Source: Chrysomallon squamiferum (Eukaryota > Animalia > Mollusca). From it: a DNA stretch of 64,000 nucleotides. Below the pieces are notes generated by a model that worked only from the letters and a program-made list of their open reading frames with translations, was not told the origin of the DNA and did no database searches. Of this stretch, positions 62,858-64,000 are shown piece after piece. The DNA is taken from contig CM022672.1 in NCBI GenBank assembly GCA_012295275.1, positions 31,930,001-31,994,000 on the forward strand, given 5' to 3'. Position numbers and translations under genes: made by a program. Numbering within the stretch: position 1 is the stretch's first letter; the number at the start of each line of letters is the position of its first letter.

Positions 62858-63089
62858 CTGAAACTCATAATCATCGAGACTATGAAGAAGGGGGAGTCAA
62901 ACCCCCTCCAAAATGAGCCAACACAGACATGAATTTTAGGGCAAAACTGTGTTTTTAATCGGTGCAAAATTTATCTGACAAACAAGGGAATGCAACCCAG
63001 TTACTTGTGTTTTTATTCTGTGTAAAGAAACCCGTATATTCCAACCCCTCTACCGCAGCCCACTGGTCAAAAAGAACTCATACACCCAC

Positions 63090-63290
63090 GTTTATAATGA
63101 ATGATATAACATGTGTATTAAATACATAATACATTATTACTCGAAGAGAACCCATACACACACTTTCGTAATGAATGATATAATGTATTTAATACATAAT
63201 ATATTATACTAATTATCAAATGTAATCCTTACGCTGGCGTTCATAATGAATAATATATAATACATTTTAAATACATAATAATATAGACAT
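63090..63290. repeat. Three degenerate ~75-bp direct repeats
   Basis: TAATGAAT(G/A)ATATAA...AATACATAATA recurs three times. Confidence 0.6.
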
Positions 63291-64000
63291 TAAAAATATC
63301 ATATTTTCAGATTGAGTTTATATATATAAAATAAATATTTATAGCCTTTACCCAAATTATTATTATTATTATTAGTAGTAGTAGTAGTAGTAGTAGTAAT
63401 AGTAGTAGTAGTAGTAGTACAAATAGTAGTTATAGTAGTAGTACTAATAGTAGTTATAGTAATTGAAGTACCAGTAGTAGTAGTTGTAGAAATAGTAGTA
63501 GTAGTGTATTATACATTATTTTAACGTTTCTATCACAAATATAAAAACACATCATCATTATCGACATAATTATATTACTAGTACTTTATTATTATTACTA
63601 TTTATTTAGTTAGTTAGTAGCAGTAGTAGTAGTAGTAGTAGTAGTTGTTGTTGTTGTTGTTGTTGTATTATTATTAGTAGTAGTAGCATAAATGTGTTAA
63701 TCGGGTTAAGATTGCAATATAAAAATTCTAAATTAATGTCAGTTTCGTAATATATTCTTTAAAAAAAAAAAAAAAAAAAAAGTATTTAGGCGTATAGAAG
63801 AATTACCAGTATTATTATTATATATAACTTAGCATAACGAGTTTTAACTGTTAACGTGGAACTGGGAAAAATTAAACGCTTATCTGATTATGTGTCATCT
63901 GCTACAGCAGTATTTTCACAAGATTCAGCGTTTCTATCCGTCTCGTGCGTCTCACGCGCTTTGAGTCACTATGGCAATAGCTGAGTGACGGAGGCGATAG

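Overview
AT-rich, microsatellite-laden, intron-containing animal genomic DNA. The gene families suggest a mollusc, but that is inference. Genes: (1) 3' part of a + strand receptor with a MEGF10/SCARF-like EGF ectodomain, one TM helix and a single PTP domain (1-6706, 11 exons read by hand). Its catalytic motif reads [11 protein letters not shown] (Cys->Ser) and its WPD loop reads WKD, so it is probably a pseudophosphatase; exon 4 also has a frame break. (2) A decayed paralogous ectodomain exon (11815-12738). (3) A ~1.18-kb tandem duplication, each copy holding a 60-aa signal-peptide-like ORF on the - strand. (4) A 4-EF-hand gene (32227-33854). (5) A disabled BTB-BACK-PHR gene (40660-42105) with duplicated 5' non-coding exons. 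Mobile elements: an internally deleted hAT/Charlie element, a pogo-like element with TIRs and TA TSD, a Tx1/L1 LINE fragment, and a decayed ISL2EU-type element whose DDE transposase exon lies antisense inside an intron of its SWIM-YqaJ gene. Tandem arrays have units of about 39, 53/54 (telomere-hexamer-like), 16, 61, 55 and 38 bp. No CRISPR array, rRNA or tRNA was seen. All identifications come from reading motifs by eye; no searches were run.
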